From an uncultured virus (IMG/VR IMGVR_UViG_2061766007_000491) (taxonomy: Duplodnaviria; Heunggongvirae; Uroviricota; Caudoviricetes): DNA of 64,000 nt. Shown piece by piece: positions 63,944-64,000 of the stretch. The notes beneath the pieces are model-generated. The model was not told where the DNA came from. It did no database searches and was given only the letters and a program-made list of their open reading frames with translations. Where the stretch lies: IMG/VR virus record IMGVR_UViG_2061766007_000491. One strand, given 5' to 3'. The position numbers and the translations under genes are program-made. Within the stretch, counting starts at the first letter, position 1. Each line of letters starts with the position of its first letter.

Positions 63944-64000
63944 AGAGATCATCCTGGTGGACGGCGATAAGTGGGACTTATTCTTGTGGGATAACGAGGG

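Noticed and set aside
231..63952. All minus-strand ORFs
   Set aside because: Antisense shadows of well-supported + strand genes or of purine-rich non-coding DNA; no recognisable motifs.
1..64000. Stop-codon reassignment
   Set aside because: Known genes are full length in the standard code, and TAA, TAG and TGA all end genes with tight packing.

Overview
A 64-kb segment of a large tailed dsDNA phage genome. All credible genes are on the + strand, are tightly packed, use the standard code and mostly lack Shine-Dalgarno motifs. Layout: (1-12.5 kb) a giant, 5'-truncated, repeat-built tail fibre followed by glycosyltransferase-like genes and a lipoprotein/TM candidate lysis gene; (13-20 kb) a replication module with SF2 helicase, radical SAM protein, degenerate DnaC-like loader, DnaB, stand-alone primase Zn finger and family-A DNA polymerase; (20-24 kb) hypothetical genes beside two scaffold gaps; (24-53 kb) a long cluster of proteins that begin with a short amphipathic leader ending in Glu, reminiscent of T4 capsid-targeting peptides removed by the prohead protease. 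This cluster includes a six-member family of large modular proteins (conserved core, AT-rich hypervariable LRR-like C-terminal half, conserved 'E-SL..L...LN' tail starting at an identical TGAATCCCT), plus SAM-lyase-like, GNAT and Dps-like proteins, interspersed with two GT25 genes and a DNA ligase; (53-57 kb) sigma-like factor, tmk and UDG-like genes; (57 kb) an abrupt C-rich to G/A-rich switch with stacked inverted repeats (candidate origin or genome end); (58.7-59.3 kb) a ~620-nt hairpin-dense candidate large ncRNA with its own promoter-like motif and terminator; (59.3-64 kb) a degenerate dUTPase and tandem arrays of small paralogues. All calls come from manual motif reading; no database search or folding program was run.
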